Positions 50,028 through 59,185 of a DNA stretch of 64,000 bases are shown piece after piece. This DNA comes from an uncultured Acidobacteriota bacterium. GTDB taxonomy: Bacteria; Acidobacteriota; Vicinamibacteria; Vicinamibacterales; UBA2999. The first letter of the stretch is position 1. Each line of letters begins with the position of its first letter. Both the position numbers and the translations under genes were made by a program. The notes beneath the pieces were generated by a model. It was not told the DNA's origin, did no database searches, and worked only from the letters and a program-made list of their open reading frames with translations. The DNA lies in contig CAWJEM010000011.1 of assembly GCA_963841905.1 (NCBI GenBank), forward strand, positions 4,064 to 68,063, given 5' to 3'.

Positions 50028-50470
50028 CTACACCTGTTGAAATCGGCACGTTCGTTGAGAAGGTCGTCTCCGCGATGGGGCTCACGCTGAAGGCAGAGAC
50101 CGAGGAGATGGAGGACGGCTTGCGCATCAATCTGACGGGTGAGGATGGGTCATTGCTCATTCGACGGCAGGGCGAAGCGCTGGCGGCGCTGCAGCATGTT
50201 GTTGCCGCCGTCTTTCGACAGGAAGTGGACGAGCGCCGGCGACTGGTCGTCGACTGCCTGGGCTATCGTCGTGGCAAGGACGCCGAGTTGAAACAGATGG
50301 CGACGTTTCTCGCCCAGAAGGCGCGTGACACCGGTCTCGCCCAGGAGATTGGCCCACTCAACCCCTACGAACGGCGAATCGTGCACCTGGCCGTTGGCGA
50401 GGTCGAATCGGTCTCTTCGGAGAGCATTGGCGACGCCTTCGAGAAAACCGTGATCATTTCGGTGAAATAG
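50024..50470 (+). CDS. jag: RNA-binding protein Jag/KhpB (KH plus R3H domains)
   Basis: 148 aa with an R3H-type motif ..LNPYERRIVHLAV.. at the conserved position after yidC. Confidence 0.85.
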   Translation: MATPVEIGTFVEKVVSAMGLTLKAETEEMEDGLRINLTGEDGSLLIRRQGEALAALQHVVAAVFRQEVDERRRLVVDCLGYRRGKDAELKQMATFLAQKARDTGLAQEIGPLNPYERRIVHLAVGEVESVSSESIGDAFEKTVIISVK

Positions 50471-50473
50471 CAG

Positions 50474-50516
50474 GGCACGGAAACACGCGCTTCCGTGCCT
50501 TGTCTTTCATCGTTTA
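50474..50516 (+). terminator. Rho-independent terminator after jag
   Basis: The stem is GGCACGGAA-acacgcgc-TTCCGTGCC (9-bp perfect), followed by the T-rich run ttgtctttcatcgttt. Confidence 0.65.
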
Positions 50517-50561
50517 ACCACTGACGGCTACGCCGGCGGCTGAGACTCCGTCGGACCCGCG

Positions 50562-51917
50562 ATGTTTGACACCGATGACACGATTGTCGCAATCGCGACG
50601 CCGATCGGACGCTCCGGGCTGGGTGTCGTCCGGCTCAGTGGTCCCGCATCGGCGACGATCGCGCGCGATCTGGTTCATCGCACCCCGCCGTTCGTCGCTC
50701 GACATGCGACGCTAGCCCGCCTGCGCACGCTGGGCGTGAGTGACGAAGTGATCGTCACGGTCTTCGTCGCGCCTCACTCGTATACCGGCCAGGAGGTCGC
50801 TGAGATCAGCGTGCACGGCAGCCCAATGGTCTTGCAGGGCGTGCTGCGTGAGGCGATCGCGAACGGGGCGCGTTTGGCAGAGCCCGGTGAGTTCACGCTG
50901 CGCGCGTTTTTGAACGGCAAACTCGATCTCGTGCAGGCCGAAGCCGTCGGAGACTTGATCGAAGCGGTCACGCCGCTCCAGGCTCGGGCGGCGTTCGATC
51001 AACTTCAAGGCACGCTGACCGTCCGGATTGCCGGGCTCGAGCAACGCCTCTTTGATTTGACGGCGCGTCTCGAGGCTTCCCTCGATTTTCCGGACGAAGG
51101 CTATCACTTTGTGCAGCGCCAGGCGGCCGGCAACGAGATCAGCGCGTTGACCGAGCAAGTCGCAACAATCCTGGCGCAAGCTGGTCGCGGGCGATTGATA
51201 CGAGAAGGCGCGAGTGTTGCGATTGTCGGGACGCCCAACGTCGGCAAGTCGAGCTTGTTCAACGCGCTGCTCAACGCCGAGCGCGCCATTGTCACGCCGA
51301 TTCCGGGCACGACGCGCGATCTGCTCACCGAACGCGCCGACATTCGTGGCCTGTCGGTCGGCCTGGTTGATACCGCCGGTCTCCGCGATTCGAATGACCT
51401 CGTCGAACAGGAAGGCATCGCTCGCGCGCACCGAGCGGCCGACACGGCCGACCTCAGGCTCGTCGTTCTTGATCGATCGCGGGCGCTTTCTGCGGCCGAT
51501 CGGGCCCTGATTGCCTCGTTGTCACCAGATGCGCGAGTGCTCGTCGTCAACAAAACGGATCTGCCGGCTGTATGGACGGTCGATCAGGAAGCCCTCGCGG
51601 ACGCGGTTGCGGTCTCCACGAAGACGGGCGAGGGACTGCCGCAATTGATGGACCGAATGGCACAGGCACTGGGGGAGCAAAGCGAGACCCATGACGATCC
51701 GCTCGTCACGAACGTGCGCCACATCGCCTTGCTGGAATCGACTCGAGCTGCTCTGAGTCGCGCGCTTGACGCGCTGTCGCCAACGTCGTCACCCTCCGAA
51801 GAGTTCATTCTTGCGGACCTGCAGGAGGCGGCGTCCCACCTTCAAGAAATCACGGGCAAGCGAACCACCGACGATCTGCTGCGTCACATCTTCGAGCGTT
51901 TTTGCATTGGTAAATGA
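50562..51917 (+). CDS. mnmE: tRNA modification GTPase MnmE
   Basis: Contains the G1 motif GTPNVGKSSL and the C-terminal CIGK. Confidence 0.95.
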   Translation: MFDTDDTIVAIATPIGRSGLGVVRLSGPASATIARDLVHRTPPFVARHATLARLRTLGVSDEVIVTVFVAPHSYTGQEVAEISVHGSPMVLQGVLREAIANGARLAEPGEFTLRAFLNGKLDLVQAEAVGDLIEAVTPLQARAAFDQLQGTLTVRIAGLEQRLFDLTARLEASLDFPDEGYHFVQRQAAGNEISALTEQVATILAQAGRGRLIREGASVAIVGTPNVGKSSLFNALLNAERAIVTPIPGTTRDLLTERADIRGLSVGLVDTAGLRDSNDLVEQEGIARAHRAADTADLRLVVLDRSRALSAADRALIASLSPDARVLVVNKTDLPAVWTVDQEALADAVAVSTKTGEGLPQLMDRMAQALGEQSETHDDPLVTNVRHIALLESTRAALSRALDALSPTSSPSEEFILADLQEAASHLQEITGKRTTDDLLRHIFERFCIGK

Positions 51918-52023
51918 ATCGGGGAGGGACGGTCCCTTTGACAAAGACCCCGGTCATCCGGCGCCAGCCGTATGATCAAGAGAGAGCCTAGAATAAGTAA
52001 ATCAGATAGACAGAGCATTATAG

Positions 52024-53898
52024 ATGCCTAAATTCGATGTGGTTGTGGTCGGCGCAGGCCATGCGGGCGTGGAAGCGGCCTGGGCGGCGGCGCGACTTGG
52101 CTGCACGGTGGCCCTTTGTACGCTTTCCAAGCAGACAGTGGCCCTGATGCCCTGCAACCCTGCCATCGGCGGAACCGCTAAAGGCCATCTAGTCAGAGAG
52201 ATAGACGCTCTTGGCGGGCTGATGGCCCGCGCCATCGACGCCACCGGACTGCAGTTCAAGATGCTCAACCGCAGCCGTGGCCCCGCGGTGTGGTCACCTC
52301 GCGCCCAAGCCGACAAGCTGGGCTATAGCGAGTGGGTTCGTCGCGCCTTGGAGGGTCAGTCCATCATTGAATGGAAACTCGGTCGTGTCGGTCGGGTTCT
52401 CCTCGACGCAGGTCGGGTGACTGGTCTCGCCTTTGAGGATGGGTCCGAGATGCAGTGCGCGTCGCTCGTTATCACGACCGGGACTTTCCTCAACGGTCTC
52501 GTTCATGTCGGGAGGGAGCAGCGGCCAGCGGGTCGCGCCGACGAACCGCCATCGCGCGACCTCGCAGAATCGGTCAAGGCGCTGGGTTTTAGGTGGGGCC
52601 GCCTCAAGACCGGAACGCCGCCACGCCTTTCGCGGCGCTCGATCGATTGGTCGGCTGCAGTCGGCCAGGGAGTGTTCCACGTGGAACGGGGCGATGACCC
52701 AGCGGCTCCATTCTCATTCATCACAACCGACACGCCTGTAAACCGCATCGTCTGTCACCTTGTCCACACGACGGACGAGGTCCACGGTCTCGTCCGAGCC
52801 CACATCCACGAATCGCCTTTGTTCAATGGCCAGATCGCCGGAATCGGCCCGAGGTACTGTCCGTCACTCGAGGACAAGGTCATGCGGTTTCCAGAACGGG
52901 ACCGCCATCAGATCTTCCTGGAGCCCGAAGGTATCGACGTGGACGAGATCTACGTCAACGGTTTTTCGATGTGCCTGCCCGGCCCGATTCAGCAGCGTTT
53001 GGTGCGCGCCCTGCCCGGCCTCGAGTCAGCTGAGATGCTGCGACCAGGCTACGCGGTCGAGTACGACTTCATCCAGCCAACCGAGTTGCGAGCGACACTC
53101 GAAACCCACAGGGTCGAGGGGTTGTTTCTAGCGGGCCAGATCAACGGGACGTCTGGCTACGAGGAGGCGGCGGGGCAGGGGATTGTCGCCGGCATTAACG
53201 CCGCGAAGCGCGCGCGGCGCGAATCGCCGCTGATTCTCAGACGAGACCAGGCCTATATCGGCATCATGATCGATGACCTGGTGACCAAGGGGTGTCTCGA
53301 GCCCTATCGGATGTTCACGTCACGGGCCGAGCATCGACTCTTGCTTCGGGTCGATAACGCGGATCTGCGGCTGACGCCGATCGCCCGAGACGCCGGCTTG
53401 GTCGACAACGACCGCTGGGAGCGCTTTGCGTCACGGCGAGAGCGCTTCGAGTGCAACGTCGAGACGCTTCAACGGGTGACCATTCAGTTCACCGGCTCCA
53501 GGACCCCGGTCGCACAAGTCCTGAAACGGTCGGACGTTACACTGGCAGGACTGATCGAGTCGGGTGCCACCTCGATCGAACCCGGCCCCCCAGAGGACCG
53601 CGACCTGGACCTGATCTCGGCAGAAACCGCCATCAAGTACGAGGGTTATCTCCGGCGGCAGGTGGCAGCTGTCGAGCGGAGTCAACGCCAGGAGCACGTT
53701 GGAATTCCGGCGTCGTTTCCGTTCGATCGGGTTCCGGGTCTTTCTCGCGAGCTCGTTCAGCGCTTCTCGGAAACGCGCCCCGAAACTCTTGGTCAAGCGC
53801 TTCGGATTCCGGGAGCGACGCCAGCCGCGGTCGCCGTGCTGTCCGCCTATCTCCGACGGTGGACCGCTGAGCCCATTAGCTCGGAGGCTCTCGGATGA
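52024..53898 (+). CDS. mnmG: tRNA uridine 5-carboxymethylaminomethyl modification enzyme MnmG
   Basis: FAD motif [13 protein letters not shown] is present. Length is 624 aa. Confidence 0.95.
   Translation: MPKFDVVVVGAGHAGVEAAWAAARLGCTVALCTLSKQTVALMPCNPAIGGTAKGHLVREIDALGGLMARAIDATGLQFKMLNRSRGPAVWSPRAQADKLGYSEWVRRALEGQSIIEWKLGRVGRVLLDAGRVTGLAFEDGSEMQCASLVITTGTFLNGLVHVGREQRPAGRADEPPSRDLAESVKALGFRWGRLKTGTPPRLSRRSIDWSAAVGQGVFHVERGDDPAAPFSFITTDTPVNRIVCHLVHTTDEVHGLVRAHIHESPLFNGQIAGIGPRYCPSLEDKVMRFPERDRHQIFLEPEGIDVDEIYVNGFSMCLPGPIQQRLVRALPGLESAEMLRPGYAVEYDFIQPTELRATLETHRVEGLFLAGQINGTSGYEEAAGQGIVAGINAAKRARRESPLILRRDQAYIGIMIDDLVTKGCLEPYRMFTSRAEHRLLLRVDNADLRLTPIARDAGLVDNDRWERFASRRERFECNVETLQRVTIQFTGSRTPVAQVLKRSDVTLAGLIESGATSIEPGPPEDRDLDLISAETAIKYEGYLRRQVAAVERSQRQEHVGIPASFPFDRVPGLSRELVQRFSETRPETLGQALRIPGATPAAVAVLSAYLRRWTAEPISSEALG
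52674..52687. other. parS-like 14-bp perfect palindrome GTTCCACGTGGAAC inside mnmG
   Basis: The 16-mer tGTTCCACGTGGAACg compares with the classical parS consensus tGTTNCACGTGAAACa. It encodes ..VFHVER... Confidence 0.7.
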
Positions 53899-54560
53899 CC
53901 GCTCGCGAGTTTCGCGAGCGGTTACACCGCCGCGCGCGACGCGCTGGCGTCCCGATTGACGCAGACTTGACGCTGGCTTTTGAGCGCTACTACGACCTTC
54001 TCACGCGGTGGAACGCCAAGATCAACTTGACGTCGCGTCTGGAACCGGCCGGCCAGGATGAGAGCATCGACCGCCTCCTGATTGAACCGCTGGTGGCCGC
54101 GCGACACATTCAACCGCAGAGCCGAACGTTGATCGATATCGGTTCCGGGGGCGGATCACCAGCGATCCCTCTCGTGCTTTCGACGCCGCGTCTCCACCTG
54201 CGAATGGTTGAGGCCAAGACGCGGAAGGCGGTGTTCCTGCGCGAGGCGATTCGAGAGCTTCGAATCGGACGCGCCGAGGTTGAGATGTCTCGCTTCGAGG
54301 AGTTGCTCACGCGTCCCGAGCTGCATGAGGCACTGGATGTGGTAACGGTTCGCGCTGTGCGAATGGAGCCGCGCACGCTTCTGAGTCTGCAAGCGTTTCT
54401 CAAGCCCGGTGGCCAGGTGTTTCTCTTTCGTGGGCCTGGCGGCGGCGATGGCGCGGGGACCATTACGCCGCCGCTGTCTTGGACGGCTACCTATCCGCTC
54501 GTCGAATCACTCCGCTCGCGCCTGGTCGTTTTGGAAAAGAAGCCGATCGGAAGGGGCTAA
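53895..54560 (+). CDS. rsmG: 16S rRNA (guanine527-N7)-methyltransferase RsmG
   Basis: The SAM motif [15 protein letters not shown] is present. It overlaps the mnmG stop by 4 nt. Confidence 0.9.
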   Translation: MTAREFRERLHRRARRAGVPIDADLTLAFERYYDLLTRWNAKINLTSRLEPAGQDESIDRLLIEPLVAARHIQPQSRTLIDIGSGGGSPAIPLVLSTPRLHLRMVEAKTRKAVFLREAIRELRIGRAEVEMSRFEELLTRPELHEALDVVTVRAVRMEPRTLLSLQAFLKPGGQVFLFRGPGGGDGAGTITPPLSWTATYPLVESLRSRLVVLEKKPIGRG

Positions 54561-54561
54561 C

Positions 54562-54575
54562 GTTCCACGTGGAAC
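54562..54575. other. parS-like 14-bp perfect palindrome GTTCCACGTGGAAC upstream of parA
   Basis: It begins 2 nt after the rsmG stop. The core is identical to the copy at 52674. Confidence 0.75.
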
Positions 54576-54578
54576 ACT

Positions 54579-54710
54579 GGGCGGGGAACAGGGCACAGGG
54601 CAAGGGCACAACGAACGGCACAACGAAACGGCACAACGAAAAGGGCGGAGCTTGTGGCATCCTGCGCCCTGCGCCCTGCGCCCTGCGCCCTGCGCCCTGC
54701 GCCCTGCGCC
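54579..54710. repeat. Composite word array W-F: a GGGCA-type arm, 3 x GGCACAACGA(n)C units of 12/13/14 nt, and 7 perfect CTGCGCC heptamers
   Basis: The GGGCA-type arm gggcggggaaCAGGGCACAGGGCAAGGGCAC lies at 54579-54609. The GGCACAACGA(n)C units GGCACAACGAAC, GGCACAACGAAAC and GGCACAACGAAAAG lie at 54605-54643. (CTGCGCC)x7 lies at 54662-54710. Confidence 0.9.
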
Positions 54711-54812
54711 CTGAGAACGCTTGCGCGCTGCGATTCCCAGGCGTAAGCTGTGACCCGGCAGGTCTCCCGCAAACGCCTCTAATTCGATGAATTAGGTCAA
54801 AAACCAGAAAAA

Positions 54813-55688
54813 ATGATGCCTCCGGAATTTGGCGCGCCCACCCCTCACCCCGCTCATCACCCTAAACAGCTGACTGCAAAGGTGATAGCTGTGACGAATC
54901 AGAAAGGAGGCGTCGGCAAGACCACCACCGCCATCAACCTCGCCGCCGCACTCGCCCTCAACGGCCACTCGACCCTGGTCATCGACGTCGACCCACAAAG
55001 CAATGCCACGAGCGGCCTGGGGCTCAAGGGACAGACCGCGACCGGCGGCACGATCTATCAGGCGCTCATGACCGGGACGCTATCAGTAGACGATTTCATC
55101 CTTCCCACAACAGTCGAGCGCCTGAGCATCGTTCCCGCGACCCGCGATCTGGCAGGTGCGGAGATCGAGCTCATTCCGCTCGAGCAGCGCGAACGACGTC
55201 TCCGCGCTTTCGCCGAGCCACTTCGATCACGCTTCGAATTCATCATCATCGACTCGCCGCCGTCGCTGGGCTTACTGACCCTCAACGCGCTGGTCGCGGC
55301 CGACACCGTGCTGATCCCTCTCCACTGCGAGTACTTTGCCCTCGAGGGCTTGGCGGATCTCGTGGCAACACTCCGCCGCGTCCGCGCCGCCCTCAACCCC
55401 GGCCTCGACATCGAAGGCGTCCTCCTGACGATGAACGACGAACGGACGAATCTTGGCCAACAAGTTGCGCGTGACGTGCGGGAGTTCTTCAAGGAGAAGG
55501 TCTACACCACGGTGATCCCGCGCAACGTCCGGCTTGCCGAGGCGCCGAGTCACGGCCAGTCGGTGATGACCTACGACCCGCGCTCGCGTGGCGCTGAAGC
55601 GTACGCCGCGTTGGCGAGAGAAGTCTGCACGCGCAACCCGCGCGTGGCCCTCAATCAGACCGCCGGCGCGATGGAGGCCAGTGTTTAG
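54813..55688 (+). CDS. parA: Chromosome partitioning ATPase ParA/Soj
   Basis: The deviant Walker A VIAVTNQKGGVGKTT is present. The start is uncertain (ATG at 54813 or GTG at 54882). Confidence 0.9.
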   Translation: MMPPEFGAPTPHPAHHPKQLTAKVIAVTNQKGGVGKTTTAINLAAALALNGHSTLVIDVDPQSNATSGLGLKGQTATGGTIYQALMTGTLSVDDFILPTTVERLSIVPATRDLAGAEIELIPLEQRERRLRAFAEPLRSRFEFIIIDSPPSLGLLTLNALVAADTVLIPLHCEYFALEGLADLVATLRRVRAALNPGLDIEGVLLTMNDERTNLGQQVARDVREFFKEKVYTTVIPRNVRLAEAPSHGQSVMTYDPRSRGAEAYAALAREVCTRNPRVALNQTAGAMEASV

Positions 55689-55691
55689 TTG

Positions 55692-55835
55692 AAAGGTTCC
55701 AGGGTTCCAAGGTTCTGGTCGAGGCTCACGCGCGAACAGAACTATGGAACCGTGGAACTTTTGGAACCCTGGAACCCTGGAACATTGGAACCCTGGAACA
55801 TTGGAACCTTGGAACCGTGGAACCTTGGAACCTTG
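55692..55835. repeat. Word array W-E: 3 x GTTC(C) words versus 11 x GGAAC words (period 8), between parA and parB
   Basis: GGAAC starts at 55746, 55754, 55763, 55771, 55779, 55787, 55795, 55803, 55811, 55819 and 55827. The left arm aaaGGTTCCagGGTTCCaaGGTTCtgg lies at 55692-55718. Confidence 0.9.
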
Positions 55836-55847
55836 AAAAGGTGAACG

Positions 55848-56741
55848 ATGCCTGATCGCAAACCCGCCCTCGGCAAAGGCCTGAGCGCACTGATTCCCGA
55901 TCTGCCGGACCCGGCGCCGTCGCCCCGCTCCTCACTCGACGTCGACGTCGATCTGTTGGAGCCGAACGATTACCAGCCGCGGGGCGCGATGCACGACGAG
56001 CGGCTCGAGGAGCTGGCGCGATCGATCAAAGCGAACGGCGTGATTCAGCCGATCATCGTGCGGCCGCTCGCCACTCCACCGGGTGCCTCTCCGCGCTTTC
56101 AGATCATCGCCGGTGAGCGACGGTGGCGTGCCGCCCAGCGCGCGGGTCTGACCAGCGTGCCGGTGGTGCTCAAAGACATTGGAGGAGATGAACGGAAGCG
56201 CCGGCTGGAGATCGCGCTCATCGAGAATGTTCAGCGCGAGGACCTCAATCCCATCGAGGAAGCCCACGCATACCAGCGACTCGTCAACGAGTTCGAGATG
56301 CGCCATGAGGACGTCGCGACCGCAGTCGGCAAGGATCGATCGACAATCGCCAACACGCTTCGGCTGCTGAAACTCCCCGCCGAGGTCAGAGAGGAAGTCG
56401 CGTCTGGACAACTATCGATGGGTCACGCGCGCGCCATCGTGTCTCTCGCCGGCGAAGCCGATCAACGGCGCGTTGCTCGTGAGGTGCTGTCACGCGGTCT
56501 CTCCGTTCGCGAGACCGAGGCCATCGTCAAGAAGACGGCCGCGCCGGGTGTCGCCAAGAACACTCCCAGAGCAGAGACCAAGGACGTGCACACGCGCGCA
56601 GCCGAGGAGCAGCTGCGTCTCGCGCTTGGCACGACCGTCACGATCAAGCGCCGTGGCAAGGGCGGCGCCATCGAGATCGCATACCGCAACGACGACGAAC
56701 TACAGCGGCTGTACGAACACCTCACCGATTCGCGACGCTGA
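55848..56741 (+). CDS. parB: Chromosome partitioning protein ParB/Spo0J
   Basis: Contains MPDRKPALGKGLSALIP.., ..IIAGERRWRAA.. and ..LIENVQREDLNPIEEA... Confidence 0.95.
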   Translation: MPDRKPALGKGLSALIPDLPDPAPSPRSSLDVDVDLLEPNDYQPRGAMHDERLEELARSIKANGVIQPIIVRPLATPPGASPRFQIIAGERRWRAAQRAGLTSVPVVLKDIGGDERKRRLEIALIENVQREDLNPIEEAHAYQRLVNEFEMRHEDVATAVGKDRSTIANTLRLLKLPAEVREEVASGQLSMGHARAIVSLAGEADQRRVAREVLSRGLSVRETEAIVKKTAAPGVAKNTPRAETKDVHTRAAEEQLRLALGTTVTIKRRGKGGAIEIAYRNDDELQRLYEHLTDSRR

Positions 56742-56773
56742 TATCGCCGGCGCGGCCGCAGTAAGATCAGTGC

Positions 56774-57823
56774 ATGTCACGGGCCCACAGGAAGCGACTG
56801 ACCGAGATGGTCAGTTGCGCTGGTTGAGCGAGCAAACTCGCGCCCAGCGAGCTCGCTCAGGTTCTGAGCCATCTACCGGCGTCGAATGATCCCCGAGTCC
56901 TGGTCGACTTCAGGACTCATGACGATGCGGGTGTGTACCTGTGGGAGGGCGGCCCGGCGCTGGTGCAGACGGTTGACTTCTTTACACCCATCGTCGACGA
57001 CCCGTACATCTACGGCCAGATCGCCGCCGCCAACGCTTTGAGCGATGTCTATGCGATGGGCGGCCGGCCATTGACGGCACTGGCGATCGCAGGCTTTCCG
57101 AAGAGTGGTCTCGAGCCAGAAGTCATCGCGGCAGTGTTTCAAGGAGGCTTTGACAAGCTGCGTGAAGCCGGCGTCGCCCTGCTTGGCGGACACACCGTGC
57201 AAGACGACGAGATCAAGTTCGGCTACGCCGTAACGGGGGCCGTCGATGCTGCGCGGGTGCTGACGAACGGGGGCGCAAGACCTGGTGACGCGCTCCTTCT
57301 GACCAAACCGCTGGGAACCGGCGTCGTCGGCACCGCAATCAAATTCGATCGCGCGTCCCCGGCACTCGTCGATCAAGCGGTCGAGTCCATGCGCCGGCTG
57401 AATCGCGCAGCGGCCGAAGCCCTCGCGACGATCGACGGCGTGCACGCTTGCACCGACGTGACTGGCTTTGGACTGATCGGACACGGTTCTGAAATGGCCG
57501 TGGCCAGCCGAGTCACCTTCAACATCCGGGCTGCAGACGTCCCGCTATTCGACCACGTGCTCGAGATCGCCCGTCAGAACCGCTCTGGAGGGTTGGCGGC
57601 CAACCGCGAGCACTTCGAAGCTATCGCGCAGATCGACACCAAAGTGCCGGAAGCGCTTCAGGATCTCCTCTTCGACCCTCAAACGTCCGGCGGGCTCTTG
57701 GTGGCCGTCGACCAGCTGCAGGCCGACTTGGCGCTGCAAGCCCTTCTCAGCGCTGGGGTTCAGGCCGTCCGTATTGGAAACGTCGGACCCCGTTCGCAGA
57801 CCGCAGCCCTGGTTATTAGGTGA
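56774..57823 (+). CDS. selD: Selenide, water dikinase (selenophosphate synthetase) with in-frame TGA (56825-56827) read as selenocysteine-18
   Basis: The upstream in-frame sequence is MSRAHRKRLTEMVSCAG-U-ASKLAPSELAQVLSHLPASNDPRVLVDFRTHDDAGVYLWEGG.., continuing into ORF 56933..57823. U sits at the catalytic Cys/Sec position with Lys three residues later. The joined length is 349 aa. Confidence 0.85.
56826..56858 (+). promoter_or_regulatory. Candidate SECIS hairpin overlapping and following the selD TGA
   Basis: The structure is GAGCGAG-caaa-CTCGC-gccca-GCGAG-CTCGCTC: a 7-bp outer stem, a 4-nt bulge, a 5-bp inner stem and a 5-nt loop. Confidence 0.55.
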
Positions 57824-57990
57824 TTTGCCATAATAGGGCCTAACGGGTCACACGCCAGGTCTGCTCTAGGGGGACGGCCGTTTGCGGGCGGGCGGCTGCC
57901 GTATGATATAAACAACTGTTTGGATTTCGGCCGTTGTTCCCTGCAATCGGACATGCACCGGAAACAGAAGACCGTTGAGGGTTTAGCGCG

Positions 57991-58413
57991 GTGATCCCGG
58001 ACATCACATCCCTGTGGGTGATCGGGTTTCTGCTGACGTGTACGTTCCTCCTCAACACGCTCATCTTTCAACCGATCCTTCGTGTGATCGAAGCGCGCGG
58101 CAAGGCTGTGGCCGATGCACGGCAAATGGCGGAGACAGCGGCCGATCGCGCGAACGTCGCCACAACCGAGTACACCCAGAAGCTCAACGCTGCGCGCAGC
58201 GACGTGTATCGAGCGATGGACGAGAACCGCCGCGCGGCGCTCGACTCTCGCGCCGCCCTGCTCAGCGAGACCCGCGCGATCGTCGAGCGCGAGTTGGGGG
58301 ACGCCTCGCGTCGCTTGACGCAGGAAACCGACCAAGCCCGGGCCACTCTCGACCGTGAAGCGGACGCGCTTGCCGGTGCCATCGTCTCGCGCGTCCTCGG
58401 GCGCGCATCCTAG
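57991..58413 (+). CDS. atpF2: F0F1 ATP synthase subunit b' (second b-type stalk subunit)
   Basis: From a GTG start it reads IPDITSLWVIGFLLTCTFLLNTLIFQPILRVIEARG.., then a long amphipathic helix. Confidence 0.8.
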   Translation: MIPDITSLWVIGFLLTCTFLLNTLIFQPILRVIEARGKAVADARQMAETAADRANVATTEYTQKLNAARSDVYRAMDENRRAALDSRAALLSETRAIVERELGDASRRLTQETDQARATLDREADALAGAIVSRVLGRAS

Positions 58414-58464
58414 CGGGGGTCGAACGTGCAGTTGTCGTCGTCGCGCCGCATCGCTTGTGAATTA

Positions 58465-59184
58465 ATGAACAAGGTTTCGCGAAACCTCGTAATTCTCACG
58501 GTTCTCGCGAGTCCTGGTCTCGTCGGGGAGGCGGCCGCGCGTGCGACATCGAGCACGAGGCTGTCTGACCAGGCGGTGCACCAGCCCGCTCCGGCCACCG
58601 CCGACCACACCGCGCCGACACAACCGCCCGCGGAGCACGCCCAACCCGCCGGCGAGCATGCGGCTGACGAGCACGCCGGCGAGGAGCATAGCGTCTGGGC
58701 CGGCCTGCTGTGGCCGACGGTCAACTTTCTAATCCTGGTCGGCGGGCTCTGGTGGTTCCTCAAAGAGCCGTTTGTGAGCTACCTGCGCGAGCGGCACAGC
58801 ACGATTCGCAAGGAATTGGTCGAGGCCGCCAACGTCAAAGCTGGGGCCGCCGCACAGCTCGCCGAGATCGATGCCAAACTCCGCGCGTTGCCTGGAGAGA
58901 TTGCGGCCTTGCGAACCCGCGGCGCGGAAGAGATCGCTGCCGAGGAACAGCGGATCGCGGCGATGGCCGTCGCCGAGCGCGAGCGTCTTCTCGAGCAAAC
59001 GCGTCGCGAGATCGAACTTCAACTCCGGTTGGCGAAACGCGAGCTGGTCGAGCACACCGCAGACTTGGCCGTGAAGCTGGCCTCCGATCAATTACCGCAG
59101 CAGATTTCTCCTGAAGATCACGAACGTCTGGTCCGTCGCTACCTCGATCAGGCGAAGATCAACCCCGGCGAAACGGCGCACTGA
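58465..59184 (+). CDS. atpF: F0F1 ATP synthase subunit b
   Basis: Contains ..LLWPTVNFLILVGGLWWFLKEPFVSYLRERHSTIRKELVEA.. followed by a coiled-coil stalk. The ATG at 58465 is preferred over the ORF-track start at 58426. Confidence 0.8.
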   Translation: MNKVSRNLVILTVLASPGLVGEAAARATSSTRLSDQAVHQPAPATADHTAPTQPPAEHAQPAGEHAADEHAGEEHSVWAGLLWPTVNFLILVGGLWWFLKEPFVSYLRERHSTIRKELVEAANVKAGAAAQLAEIDAKLRALPGEIAALRTRGAEEIAAEEQRIAAMAVAERERLLEQTRREIELQLRLAKRELVEHTADLAVKLASDQLPQQISPEDHERLVRRYLDQAKINPGETAH

Positions 59185-59185
59185 A

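Noticed and set aside
54662-54710. Possibility that the word arrays are CRISPR arrays.
   Set aside because: The repeat units are 7-8 nt with no unique spacers between them, and no cas genes are in the window.
57824-57990. Search for tRNA-Sec (selC) next to selD.
   Set aside because: No T-loop (GGTTCRA), no UCA anticodon loop and no long acceptor stem were found on either strand.
57991-59184. The two atp b-type ORFs share a frame and are separated by a stop, so read-through or fusion was considered.
   Set aside because: The stop is TAG, not TGA. Each ORF has its own membrane anchor. Separate b' and b subunits are a known arrangement.
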